A stretch of DNA of 64,000 bases from Nitrosopumilus sp. (GTDB lineage: Archaea; Thermoproteota; Nitrososphaeria; Nitrososphaerales; Nitrosopumilaceae), in contig OY759726.1 of the NCBI GenBank assembly GCA_963662625.1, positions 672,001 through 736,000 on the forward strand. The letters run 5' to 3'. The notes beneath the pieces were generated by a model. The model was not told the DNA's origin, did no database searches, and saw nothing but the letters and a program-made list of their open reading frames with translations. The position numbers and the translations under genes were made by a program. Of this stretch, positions 50,641-59,294 are shown piece by piece. Within the stretch, counting starts at the first letter, position 1, and each line of letters opens with the position of its first letter.

Positions 50641-51146
50641 CTCTAGGTAACGCAATACAGGTTTATTGGCACACTCTTGCCACTATCTAGTTGCAGGTGA
50701 CTGTATGGACCATGTACGTGGCAGGCTTTCAGGTCGCTGCCAGCTGCGCATCCGACTTGGCGTGGCCTAGGCCATTAGCGGCCTGGGCGGCAGGCACGCA
50801 TGGCAACTAACGTCACGATTAATATTTTGCACTGCACCACACAAGGATACGCAAGGACGAGGACATGGCAGAAAAACACCCCAGAAAGGGCAGGAGGTGC
50901 CAGCACAGGCATTCGCAAGGACGACTCCCAGTCCGTGGGAAGCCGTCACCAACGAACGGCAGAGGGGCGAGTACCATGCCGCACGTGGGGAGGCGGACTG
51001 GTCTTCGTAGGCCGCACTCTAGGGGGACGATTGGATGCTCCCACCTTTATGCCACCACGGGGGGCGTTATTAGTGCAGAAAATGCGGACATGTGCTGAAT
51101 GTAAGGAACGTGGGTAAGGCCACGGTGCCCGGATCAGGCTACAGAC

Positions 51147-51335
51147 GTGTGGCTTGATAGCACGTCGGGGTTGGGCTTTGAGGGCATCTGCAGCACCATC
51201 TTCGGCAGGTGCGGGTTCAAGACTAAGAAGATTGGCGGCACCTCCGACGGCGGACACGACATACTGGTTTGGGGAGATTCAGGCAAGATGGTCGTGGAGT
51301 GCAAGCACCAAGAAAAGAAGGCGGGGCGGCCTTAG
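51147..51335 (+). pseudogene. Mrr-like restriction endonuclease fragment
   Basis: FEGIC..IF...GF...SDGGHDI...VVECKH, then a stop. Confidence 0.65.
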
Positions 51336-51609
51336 GCCGAAGTCCGGGGGGCGCGAGGTTGACGGGGAAACGCTTGACGGCCATCCCGAACCCAAGGTCA
51401 CGGCGGGGCGAAGACGTCGGGAGGGGGACCTGCGTGGCGGGGCCATCTCCGAATCGGGGCGCTCCGTGCCAGCCGCCGCCGGGCCGGATCCGGTCAGGCT
51501 TGCAGCCGACTCCAAAAGAGCGCGGCGGGGCGTCGGCCGATCCCCCTCAGTGGGGCCGGATCCGGCGCGCGGGTACTCGCTTTAAATATTCCCGCGCCAG
51601 ACCTTGGCC

Positions 51610-52542
51610 ATGACGGCTGCCCGAAAGGACGGCGGGTACGAGGATCCCGCGCCGGACGACGTGATCGACGAGATCGAGGACCGTATGGGCGACGACGATC
51701 TTGCCGGCGCCCTGCTTGCAACAAACAGGGAACTGGCGAGGACGCCGGACAGCATAGAGCTCCACTCCCTGAAGGGCGAGATCCTCTCCAGCACGGGGAG
51801 GTACGGCGAGGCGTCGGCCGCGTATGACCGGATCCTGGAGTTGGAGCCGGACGATCCGGAGGCGTGGATCCACAAGAGCTTCGTCTTTTTAGCGCTGGAC
51901 CGCCCCGAGGACAGCCTGGATGCAGCAGACAGGGCGATTGGGCTTGGCCTGGACGACTCCGTGGCTCTGGTGGCGAGGGCCGAGGCGCTGCTGGAGCTGG
52001 GAAGGCACGGCGAGGCGATGAAGGTAGTCAACGACGTGCTCGCGGGGGACCCGGGGCACGTCGACGTGCTGGGCCTCGAGGCCGAGATCCTCTCGGCGAT
52101 GGGCAGGCATGGCGAGGCCGCGGCCCTGCTGGAAAAGCTTTCGGGCTGGGATCCGGGGTCGGCCGAGGCGCTGGTCCTGCTCTCCGGCGAGCACATGATG
52201 GCGGGGGACTTTGGGAGGGCCCTGGAGGTCGCAGACAGGGCCGTGGCGCTCGACGGGGACGATCCCGCGGCATGGGAGATCAAGGGCGCGTCGCTATACG
52301 AGCTTGGCAGGCCGGAGGAGGCCCTGGAGTGCATCCTGAATGCCCAAGACATGGATCCTGCAGGCGGCGAGACGTGGTACCAAAAGGCAAGGATCCTCGC
52401 TGGCGGCGAGCGGGACGGGGCGCTTGACGCCCTTCTTGTGGCCGTCTCGATAAATCCCGACAACAAGAAAAGGGCTGGCGCGGACGGGTCGTTTGCGGGC
52501 CTCCGGCAGGACGCGAGGTTCAAGAAGATGACCGGCCCCTAG
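51610..52542 (+). CDS. Tetratricopeptide repeat protein
   Basis: Multiple W/H..KG..L...GR.EEA...D.A..LDP units; TTTAAATA box upstream. Confidence 0.9.
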   Translation: MTAARKDGGYEDPAPDDVIDEIEDRMGDDDLAGALLATNRELARTPDSIELHSLKGEILSSTGRYGEASAAYDRILELEPDDPEAWIHKSFVFLALDRPEDSLDAADRAIGLGLDDSVALVARAEALLELGRHGEAMKVVNDVLAGDPGHVDVLGLEAEILSAMGRHGEAAALLEKLSGWDPGSAEALVLLSGEHMMAGDFGRALEVADRAVALDGDDPAAWEIKGASLYELGRPEEALECILNAQDMDPAGGETWYQKARILAGGERDGALDALLVAVSINPDNKKRAGADGSFAGLRQDARFKKMTGP

Positions 52543-52724
52543 CGGGATCCCGGGGCGCGGGGGCCGCGGTGCCGGGCGGCCTGCGCGCATGGCCGGCCCA
52601 AGAAGGGGGCACCGCATCCCAAAGACGGAAAGGCCGTCAGCCGTGGCGCGATCGCTGCGTGCGGGGGCAGGCGGGCAGCTGCCCGGGGGCAGGCCGGAGG
52701 GCGCTGGCCGCGGGCTCCCCGGCG

Positions 52725-54221
52725 TCATACTAGGACGAGGAAGAGAGGAACGGGGATCATCGTGCGCCCGTTCTTCGCCGAGAGATCACGCTTTGTCAGC
52801 ACCAGCCCCTCGGAGACGCCGCTGGCCTTCTTAAAGTCAATCAGCCCCTGCAGGTCGCCGGAACCAATCTGGTTTTGGTACTTTACTTCCACGGGGATCG
52901 TCCGATCGCCGGGGTATATGACAAAGTCCACCTCGCGGCCGCCGCCTCCCCGCCAGTAGGACACCGATTCCCGGTAGTCAAAGCTCATCCTAAACCTGCT
53001 CAGGCCGAAGGCAAGCCTTACAGAGTGATCCGCGACCACGTTCTCGACGAGCTTGCCGGTCAGGGCCTCGTCCTGGAGCGCCTTCAAGGAGAATTCAAAG
53101 GGCTCTTCCCTGCGGCTCATGGCGTTCAGTGCGTGGAAGAAGAACGGGTCCTGAAAGTAGATTTTCTTCGGCGATGGGTGGTGCGGCCGCCTCTGCTTGG
53201 CGTCGTACCTGTGCATGTATAATAGCACGAACGCGCCGGAGAGGGTCTTCGTATAATCCTCCACGGTGTGGTGGCTTCCCACGTCCGTGCCTTTTTTGAG
53301 CGACTGCCAAGAGGTCGGGGAGCACAGGCTCCGGACATAGTTGGGGGTCAGCTGCGGGAGGTAGTCCCCCCTGTGAACGCGCCCCATGTCCCCCTTGATG
53401 GAGTCCAGGCACGTGTGGTAAGTCGACGCGGGGATGTTCCCGTTTTCCAATAGATCGTTGACGGCCGGCGGGACGCCCCCCGTAATCAGGTAGTTCCCGA
53501 AGTGCTTGTCCAGGGCGTCCTGGTATGCCGAAAGCGAGGCGACGGTGCCGTCGATCTCGCCCCCAAGCAGGGCATCCAGCAGGTCGTGGCGGGTCGACAG
53601 GGCATGCATGTCGTTGTCTTTGATGAATTTCCCGAGTTCGGGATCCACCGACGAGACGTACTCGGCGAATTTCATCGGGGGCATGATCTTGTCCAAGGAA
53701 TCGCCCTGTGCGGCCCCCCTTCTGCCCGGCATCTGTTCCCCGCCCGGCCTCAAGTCAGCAGAGTGGGAGCCTGCCGCAATCACGGTGCAGTTGTCCAGCT
53801 TGCCCCGGTCCTTGAGTTTTTTGATGGCGTTTTGCCAGCCTTGAATGTTTGAAATTTCGTCAAGAAACAGGATGGCCCTGCTGCCTTTTCTGAACGGCGC
53901 GCTCCTGTCAAGGTACGCGCCGACCACGCCGGAGACGTCCGCGGGAGATCTCTCCACGTCAAACGAATAGTACATGAGGGTCCACGGATCCCGCCCCTCC
54001 CGGAGGCGCTCCCTGATCATCAGCTTGGCCATGGTCGTCTTGCCCACCTGCCTGGGCCCGCGAAGCGTGTAGATCAGATCCTCCTCAAGGAATTTTTTTT
54101 GGATCCTGGGTTTCCACTTTAGCGCGGAGTCCTCCCAACGGCGTATGGAGTGGTCGCCATCGATTGCTGCAGGATCCTTCCACCACGGGTTATATCCCAG
54201 CAGCTCGTTATATGACATCAC
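52725..54221 (-). CDS. AAA+ ATPase (AAA_14/DUF4143 type) with C-terminal PD-(D/E)XK domain
   Basis: YNPWW, GPRQVGKTT, LFLDEI, YLITGGVP, KKIYFQDP, REVDFV...PVEVKY. Confidence 0.9.
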   Translation of the reverse strand: MMSYNELLGYNPWWKDPAAIDGDHSIRRWEDSALKWKPRIQKKFLEEDLIYTLRGPRQVGKTTMAKLMIRERLREGRDPWTLMYYSFDVERSPADVSGVVGAYLDRSAPFRKGSRAILFLDEISNIQGWQNAIKKLKDRGKLDNCTVIAAGSHSADLRPGGEQMPGRRGAAQGDSLDKIMPPMKFAEYVSSVDPELGKFIKDNDMHALSTRHDLLDALLGGEIDGTVASLSAYQDALDKHFGNYLITGGVPPAVNDLLENGNIPASTYHTCLDSIKGDMGRVHRGDYLPQLTPNYVRSLCSPTSWQSLKKGTDVGSHHTVEDYTKTLSGAFVLLYMHRYDAKQRRPHHPSPKKIYFQDPFFFHALNAMSRREEPFEFSLKALQDEALTGKLVENVVADHSVRLAFGLSRFRMSFDYRESVSYWRGGGGREVDFVIYPGDRTIPVEVKYQNQIGSGDLQGLIDFKKASGVSEGLVLTKRDLSAKNGRTMIPVPLFLVLV

Positions 54222-54334
54222 GCGCCGCTGCCAGTCCCTTTATAAGCATGGTTTTCTGAACTGCCAGTCCTTTTATAACCATTGGTGCCAACTGGTGCCA
54301 GTTCATTTATAAATCAACATGAAAGGCAGGGCCC

Positions 54335-54475
54335 ATGGTGGTGCCAAGGGAGGGCATCAGGGCATGCATGAAGTGCGGGTGCGTGTACTCGGAGATATCG
54401 TCGAACAACGCAATGAGGTGTCCCGTCTGCAAGAACATGCTGGGGGAGAAGATCGGCATAGTCCGGAACGGCTGA
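54335..54475 (+). CDS. 46-aa zinc-ribbon microprotein
   Basis: MVVPREGIRACMKCGCVYSEISSNNAMRCPVCKNMLGEKIGIVRNG; TTTATAAA at 54306-54313. Confidence 0.65.
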   Translation: MVVPREGIRACMKCGCVYSEISSNNAMRCPVCKNMLGEKIGIVRNG

Positions 54476-54597
54476 CGCGGTGATCGGTCGCGGCACCGCC
54501 GAGGGGCCGCTGTGGCAGGCCGGCCGCGGCTCCAAGCCGCACGGCGGTGTAAAAAACAGCCGTAAACAGTTATAATTACAGCGGCGAGACCCCAAGC

Positions 54598-55146
54598 ATG
54601 GAAGAGACCTCCGTGTTCCCCGGGGACAGGATAGCCTCCATAGAGGAGTACGAGGCGGGCCACAACGCCTTTGACGACGGCGACATGGTCCGCGCGGCCA
54701 CCATAGGCAGCGTCGACATAGACCGGGAGACGCGCGTCGCGAGCATCAAGCACCCCAAGGGCCAAGCCATGCCGAGGGTCGGCGACACCGTCATCGGCAC
54801 GGTCAGCGCCGTGATGTCGTCGATGTTCGCGGTGATAATAGACTACATCAACGGCAAGCCGACCGTGTCCAAGGTGGAGTGCATCTGCTCGACGCGGGAC
54901 GCCCGGAGGAGGAACGTCGCGCTCGCAAACGACATAGTCGCGCTGAAGATCCTCAACCACCTCAACGGCACGATACACGCCACCGTGGACGAGCCCCAGC
55001 TGGGGGTCCTGTTCACAAAGTGCAGGAAGTGCGGCGGCGAGGTGGTCCAGATGCGCGACGCCATAAAGTGCAAGGAGTGCGCGTGGATCGACGACAGGAA
55101 GCTCTCAAGGAAGTTCGGCAACGGCGACTTTGTGAGACTGGGATGA
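54598..55146 (+). CDS. csl4: Exosome RNA-binding subunit Csl4
   Basis: VFPGDRIASIEEY, S1 domain (PRVGDTVIG), LGVLFTKCRKCG...CKEC...RKLS. Confidence 0.92.
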   Translation: MEETSVFPGDRIASIEEYEAGHNAFDDGDMVRAATIGSVDIDRETRVASIKHPKGQAMPRVGDTVIGTVSAVMSSMFAVIIDYINGKPTVSKVECICSTRDARRRNVALANDIVALKILNHLNGTIHATVDEPQLGVLFTKCRKCGGEVVQMRDAIKCKECAWIDDRKLSRKFGNGDFVRLG

Positions 55147-55958
55147 TCCGCGTCTCGTTCCAGGGGGAGCGTGGCGCGTACAGCGAGGCTGCCGCAAGGT
55201 CGTTCTTCGGGGGGGAGATCGAGGCCGTCCCCACGCAGACGTTCGCCGAGGCCCTCGAGCGCGCCTCGTCCGGGGATACCGGCTACGCCGTGCTCCCGGT
55301 GGAGAACTCGCTGGAGGGGAGCGTGGGGGAGAGCTACGACCTGCTGTACCTGACGGACCTCAGCGCGGTGGGCGAGACGTACCACAGGATAGAGCACTGC
55401 CTGATCGGGACCGGCAGGCTGGGGGGCATCGGGACCGTGTACTCGCACCCGCAGGCGCTGGGCCAGTGCAGGGGGTTTATCGAGAGAAACGGCATGAAGA
55501 CAGTGCCCGCGTACGACACCGCGGGGAGCGTGAAGATGATAAAGTCGATCGGCCGGGAGGACGTGGCCTGCATAGCGAGCAGGGAGGCGTCCGGGATCTA
55601 CGGCGTCCCAGTGGTGGCAAGCGACATCGCGAACAACCCCAACAACTACACCCGGTTCCTGGTGCTGTCCGGGGGGGCCAGCCCGGAGACCGGCAGCGAC
55701 AAGACGTCGGTGATATTCTCCATAAAGCACGAGCCGGGCTCCCTGTTCAGGGTGATAGGGAGGTTCCACGCGAGCGGCGTGAACCTCACCAAGATAGAGT
55801 CCAGGCCGGCCGGGACGGACGCCTGGGAGTACATATTTTACGTGGACTTTGAGGGGCACGCCGACAGCCCCGGCATCGCGGAGATGCTCAGGGGACTGGA
55901 GGCGGACACGGTCTCCCTGAAGGTGCTCGGCTCGTACCCCTCGGCCAGGCGCGGCTAG
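55143..55958 (+). CDS. pheA: Prephenate dehydratase
   Basis: VSFQGERGAYSE, PVENSLEGSV, SHPQALGQC, NYTRF, NLTKIESRP. Confidence 0.95.
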   Translation: MIRVSFQGERGAYSEAAARSFFGGEIEAVPTQTFAEALERASSGDTGYAVLPVENSLEGSVGESYDLLYLTDLSAVGETYHRIEHCLIGTGRLGGIGTVYSHPQALGQCRGFIERNGMKTVPAYDTAGSVKMIKSIGREDVACIASREASGIYGVPVVASDIANNPNNYTRFLVLSGGASPETGSDKTSVIFSIKHEPGSLFRVIGRFHASGVNLTKIESRPAGTDAWEYIFYVDFEGHADSPGIAEMLRGLEADTVSLKVLGSYPSARRG

Positions 55959-56419
55959 AAGCCCCTGGGCCTCCTCAGCGTAAAGGCCGTGCTGAACCCG
56001 ATGATCACCACGCCGGACGTTATCACGATGATGTGGTAGGTGAACAGGATCGGGTCGGTGGTGATCTCGAAGGTGGCGTCCACCACCACGTCCGACGGGC
56101 CGGTGTTGCGCACGTTGATGTACGTGACGCCGTCCTGGGCGTGGCTCCATTCCTGGTAGGCCTCCCCCTCGAACGAGTCGGTGATGTCCAAGCCGCCGGC
56201 GGGGCTCTTGAGCACGAGCTCAAAGCTGTCGCCCGTGATCCCCATCTTCTGGGTGCCGCCCCGATCGGAGGTGACCTGGTACGAGGTGAACTCCCCCGGC
56301 CCGAGCGTGTCGCTGACCGGCACCACCTGGAGGCCGACGTCGGAGACGAACGAGAACACCCCGATGGCTATGATCCCTACCCCGATGATCATCCCGACGA
56401 CCGTCCACTTTGATATCAT
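55955..56419 (-). CDS. Conserved-type 2-TM hypothetical protein
   Basis: MISKWTVVGMIIGVGIIAIG...ILFTYHIIVITSGVVIIGFS...RRPRGF. Confidence 0.7.
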   Translation of the reverse strand: MISKWTVVGMIIGVGIIAIGVFSFVSDVGLQVVPVSDTLGPGEFTSYQVTSDRGGTQKMGITGDSFELVLKSPAGGLDITDSFEGEAYQEWSHAQDGVTYINVRNTGPSDVVVDATFEITTDPILFTYHIIVITSGVVIIGFSTAFTLRRPRGF

Positions 56420-56504
56420 GGTGTGGAGTCCCCGCGCGCCGCTTAAAAAACTAGCTCCGCGCGTAGTCTGTTGAACACATGATAACCACCCAGGCGTAGT
56501 TGCC

Positions 56505-56645
56505 CCGATGGATCGACCCCTGGTAGCGCGTGGGCCTGGCGCCCTTTCTGTTGAATGGGGCAATCCGAGCTGCCGTGTCACTGGGCTTCGCGCCCTGATA
56601 GGTGTGTGCAGCTTCCGATCCGTCAGACATCCGAAAGGAGGTGAT
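56505..56645 (+). ncRNA. Candidate bridge/seek RNA in the IS110 left non-coding end (boundaries approximate)
   Basis: TCTGTTG (56547-56553) equals target-left+core; ATAGGTG (56598-56604) equals donor-left+core; each follows a GGGC-N5-GCCC hairpin. Confidence 0.65.
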
Positions 56646-56653
56646 AGGAAAGG

Positions 56654-57862
56654 ATGAGAAAGACAAGCATAGGGACAGGCATGGGGAAGAGAAAGCGCGG
56701 CGCGTGCGTGGTGGACGGGAACGGGAAGGTTCTCGAGAGGGGGCAGTACCCCAACACCCGGGACGGCGCGGCGAAGTTCGCAGGGGTGATGGCGCGCAGG
56801 TACCTGGGCGGCGGCCCCTGCAGGGCCGCCTGCGAGACGACTGGCAACATGTGGAACAAGACGTTTGACGCCTTCGAGGCGGCCGGGACCGGCATCAAAC
56901 TGGCCAACACGTACAAGATGGCCCTGATAGCCAGGACCGCCAAGAAGACCGACAGGATTGACGCAGAGAAGATAGCGCAGGTGCCGGGGATGGACATGAT
57001 ACCGGAGTGCTACGTCCCCCCGGGCCACACCAGGGGGATACGCGCGATGGTCAGGCAGAGGGTGAGGCTGGCCCGGGACAGGACGCGCGTGACAAGCCGC
57101 GCCCGCAGCCTCCTGGACCGCCACGACATCCAAATGGACGCCTCCACCATGCACTCCGAAAAGGCCCTGGGGCAGCTGGAATCCGCGGGGCCGGGCTCTG
57201 GGCACGACGGGTTGGTCCTGGGCCAGTGCGCCCGGCAGGTGAGGCACCTGACGGAGGAGATCTCCGTGACGGAGGGGCTCCCCGGGACGGGGGCCGCCCA
57301 CAACGGTGACGCGAGGCTGCTGGCCAGCATGACCGGCGTCGGCACGTTCACCGCGGTGCTGATGGCCCCCGGGATCGGGGACGTCTCCAGGTTCAGGGGG
57401 CCAAGGCAGATGGTGTCGTGGGCCGGGCTGTGCCCGGCGGCCTGCCAGTCGGGGAACCGGCCGTACGCGGGGAGGATCAAGAAGATCGACCCCGGCAGCC
57501 TGGTCAACTGGGCCATGCGCGAGGCCGCGAACACCGCCGTGCGGCACGACGCCAGGATGGAAGCCGTGTATGCGTCCGCGCGCCGGAGGCACGCGGACAA
57601 GCATGGGCCGGCAATCATGGTGGTGGCCCACAAGATGGTCACCATAATGTGGCACATGCTGACCACCAAGACACCCTACGAGTCCCGCAACGAGGGGCCG
57701 TGCCGGCGCAAGCTGGCCGGGACGGGGAAGGCGCGCCGGGGGCGGCCCCCCGCGCTGCCCGCATCCCGGATCGTCTTGCCAGCGCTAGCTATAAATCTCA
57801 TGCCATGCAACCCAGTCACGGATCGGAAAAACCGCGGGATGCATTGCGGCAACTACGCCTGA
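56654..57862 (+). CDS. IS110 DEDD recombinase (first Asp mutated)
   Basis: Same protein as 47441-48649; GGAGGTGA SD-like sequence upstream. Confidence 0.88.
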   Translation: MRKTSIGTGMGKRKRGACVVDGNGKVLERGQYPNTRDGAAKFAGVMARRYLGGGPCRAACETTGNMWNKTFDAFEAAGTGIKLANTYKMALIARTAKKTDRIDAEKIAQVPGMDMIPECYVPPGHTRGIRAMVRQRVRLARDRTRVTSRARSLLDRHDIQMDASTMHSEKALGQLESAGPGSGHDGLVLGQCARQVRHLTEEISVTEGLPGTGAAHNGDARLLASMTGVGTFTAVLMAPGIGDVSRFRGPRQMVSWAGLCPAACQSGNRPYAGRIKKIDPGSLVNWAMREAANTAVRHDARMEAVYASARRRHADKHGPAIMVVAHKMVTIMWHMLTTKTPYESRNEGPCRRKLAGTGKARRGRPPALPASRIVLPALAINLMPCNPVTDRKNRGMHCGNYA

Positions 57863-57930
57863 GTGGTTAACATAGGTGCACAACTCGGCACGATCCCCGG
57901 GCCGTGGCCAGGCCGTGCCGCTTGGAGTCC

Positions 57931-59061
57931 CTACGCCCCCGCCTCACCCGCCCACCGGTCGTGCTGGGCCATCCTGAGCCTTGCCTCCTGCACGATGTTC
58001 TCCCACCTGCGCGAGTGCACGTGGTCCCCGAACATCCTCTTGAACGCCGATATGATTATCTCGATCAGCCACCTCCTGCCGTACCCCTTCCTAGCCTCCC
58101 GGTACCGGACGTTCTCCTCCCTCTCCCTCGTGCCCACCCTGCCGGCGCGCGCCTCCGGGCCGCCCCCCAGCTGGTCCCGCACCGCCTCGCCCCACGCGCC
58201 GCCGGTGCCCTTGCCCCTGGCGGTGGACGCCACCTTGACCGGGATGATAGGCCCCACGCCCATGTCGCGGCACCTCCGCATGTTGTCCCGCGACGCGTAC
58301 GCCCCGTCCGCGATCAGGCGCGCCCCGTGGGAGCCGGGCGGCTGGCCGCACTGCAGCGCGAGCGGCGCCACGCCGCTCGCGAGGAGGTTGGGCGGGGGCG
58401 AGCCCACGCGCGGCAGGGGATCCCCAGCCGCGGCTGCCTTCCCGCGGATCAGCGCCATGCGCCTGTCCTGCTTCCCCGCCGGCTTCCCGTCCGGCTTCCC
58501 GCCACGCGGCTCCACCACGGTTCCCAGGAGCTCCTTCAGCATGGGGGAGTCGCCCGTCCTGTCGTCGGTCACCACCGCCGCGAGTATCTTCTTCGTGTCG
58601 GCGTCGGCCAGCAGGTGCAGCTTGACGAACCCGCGCTTCACCTTCCACTTCTTCCGTATCCACTCGCCCCGGTTGCACTGCTTCAGGCCCGTGGCGTCGG
58701 CCAGCAGGGTCATGGGCTGGCCGCCGCCGGAGACGCGGACGACTCCCCCGCCGATGTCCACGTCGAGGCGCGCCATCCTCCTGGCCAGCACCGAGTAGTG
58801 CGGCGCGCCGTGCCCCCCCAGCATCCCCGCGAGGAGCCCGGACAGCTGCCTGTACCGGGCCCCGAGCGAGGTCCTCACCGCGGCGGCGGCCATGACCAGC
58901 GCCCCGGCGTACCTGAACGGGGCGCCCTCCTTGCCGGCGTTGGCCTCCCTCAGGTCGTCCTCCCAGCCGGGGTCATACGACACAGCCAGGCCCCTCCCGC
59001 GCCTGACGTATTTCTCGTTGTCGGTCGCAGCCAACGGGGACGGTGCGCGGCCGTGATCCAA
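57931..59061 (-). CDS. IS5-family DDE transposase
   Basis: PHYSVLARR, LADATGLKQCNRGEW, FVKLHL, ADGAY, YGRRWLIEIIISAFKRMFG. Confidence 0.88.
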   Translation of the reverse strand: MDHGRAPSPLAATDNEKYVRRGRGLAVSYDPGWEDDLREANAGKEGAPFRYAGALVMAAAAVRTSLGARYRQLSGLLAGMLGGHGAPHYSVLARRMARLDVDIGGGVVRVSGGGQPMTLLADATGLKQCNRGEWIRKKWKVKRGFVKLHLLADADTKKILAAVVTDDRTGDSPMLKELLGTVVEPRGGKPDGKPAGKQDRRMALIRGKAAAAGDPLPRVGSPPPNLLASGVAPLALQCGQPPGSHGARLIADGAYASRDNMRRCRDMGVGPIIPVKVASTARGKGTGGAWGEAVRDQLGGGPEARAGRVGTREREENVRYREARKGYGRRWLIEIIISAFKRMFGDHVHSRRWENIVQEARLRMAQHDRWAGEAGA

Positions 59062-59294
59062 GGCCTTTTCGGTTTGACATGGTTGGGCCGGGGGTTCAAC
59101 TGTTTAGACCCGGCAATTTCTGGCAGTTGTGCAACAGACTACCGCGCGATGCGTTCCCGGGAGGCGGCGCGGGGGGCCTGGGACCTGGCATACCTACCAC
59201 AGACACAGGAAACTAGCGGATCGATGTGGCTATCCACGGACTCGCACGTCAGTGTTACCCATGCCCAGTCAGAAAATCCTAGAAGCTGCAGGCC

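Larger units (their letters stand above)
56474..57876 (+). mobile_element. IS110-family element copy 2 (1403 bp)
   Basis: Same length and same translations as copy 1; core TG at 56472-56473 and 57877-57878; sub-terminal IRs at 56483-56504 and 57848-57869. Confidence 0.92.
56463..59142 (-). mobile_element. IS5-family element copy B, right TIR interrupted by IS110
   Basis: Intact TIR AGTTGTGCAACAGACTAC at 59125-59142; split TIR GTAGTCTGT(TG)...CACAACT; TSD CGCGC at 56458-56462 and 59143-59147 (7 bp CCGCGCG if the TIR is 1 nt shorter). Confidence 0.9.

Noticed and set aside
55955-57655. 566-aa minus-strand ORF
   Set aside because: IS110 antisense frame fused by chance to the real 154-aa membrane gene starting at 56419.
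46122-59142. Composite transposon carrying csl4-pheA
   Set aside because: IS5 copy B has its own TSD, so the insertions are independent; the enclosed genes are housekeeping.
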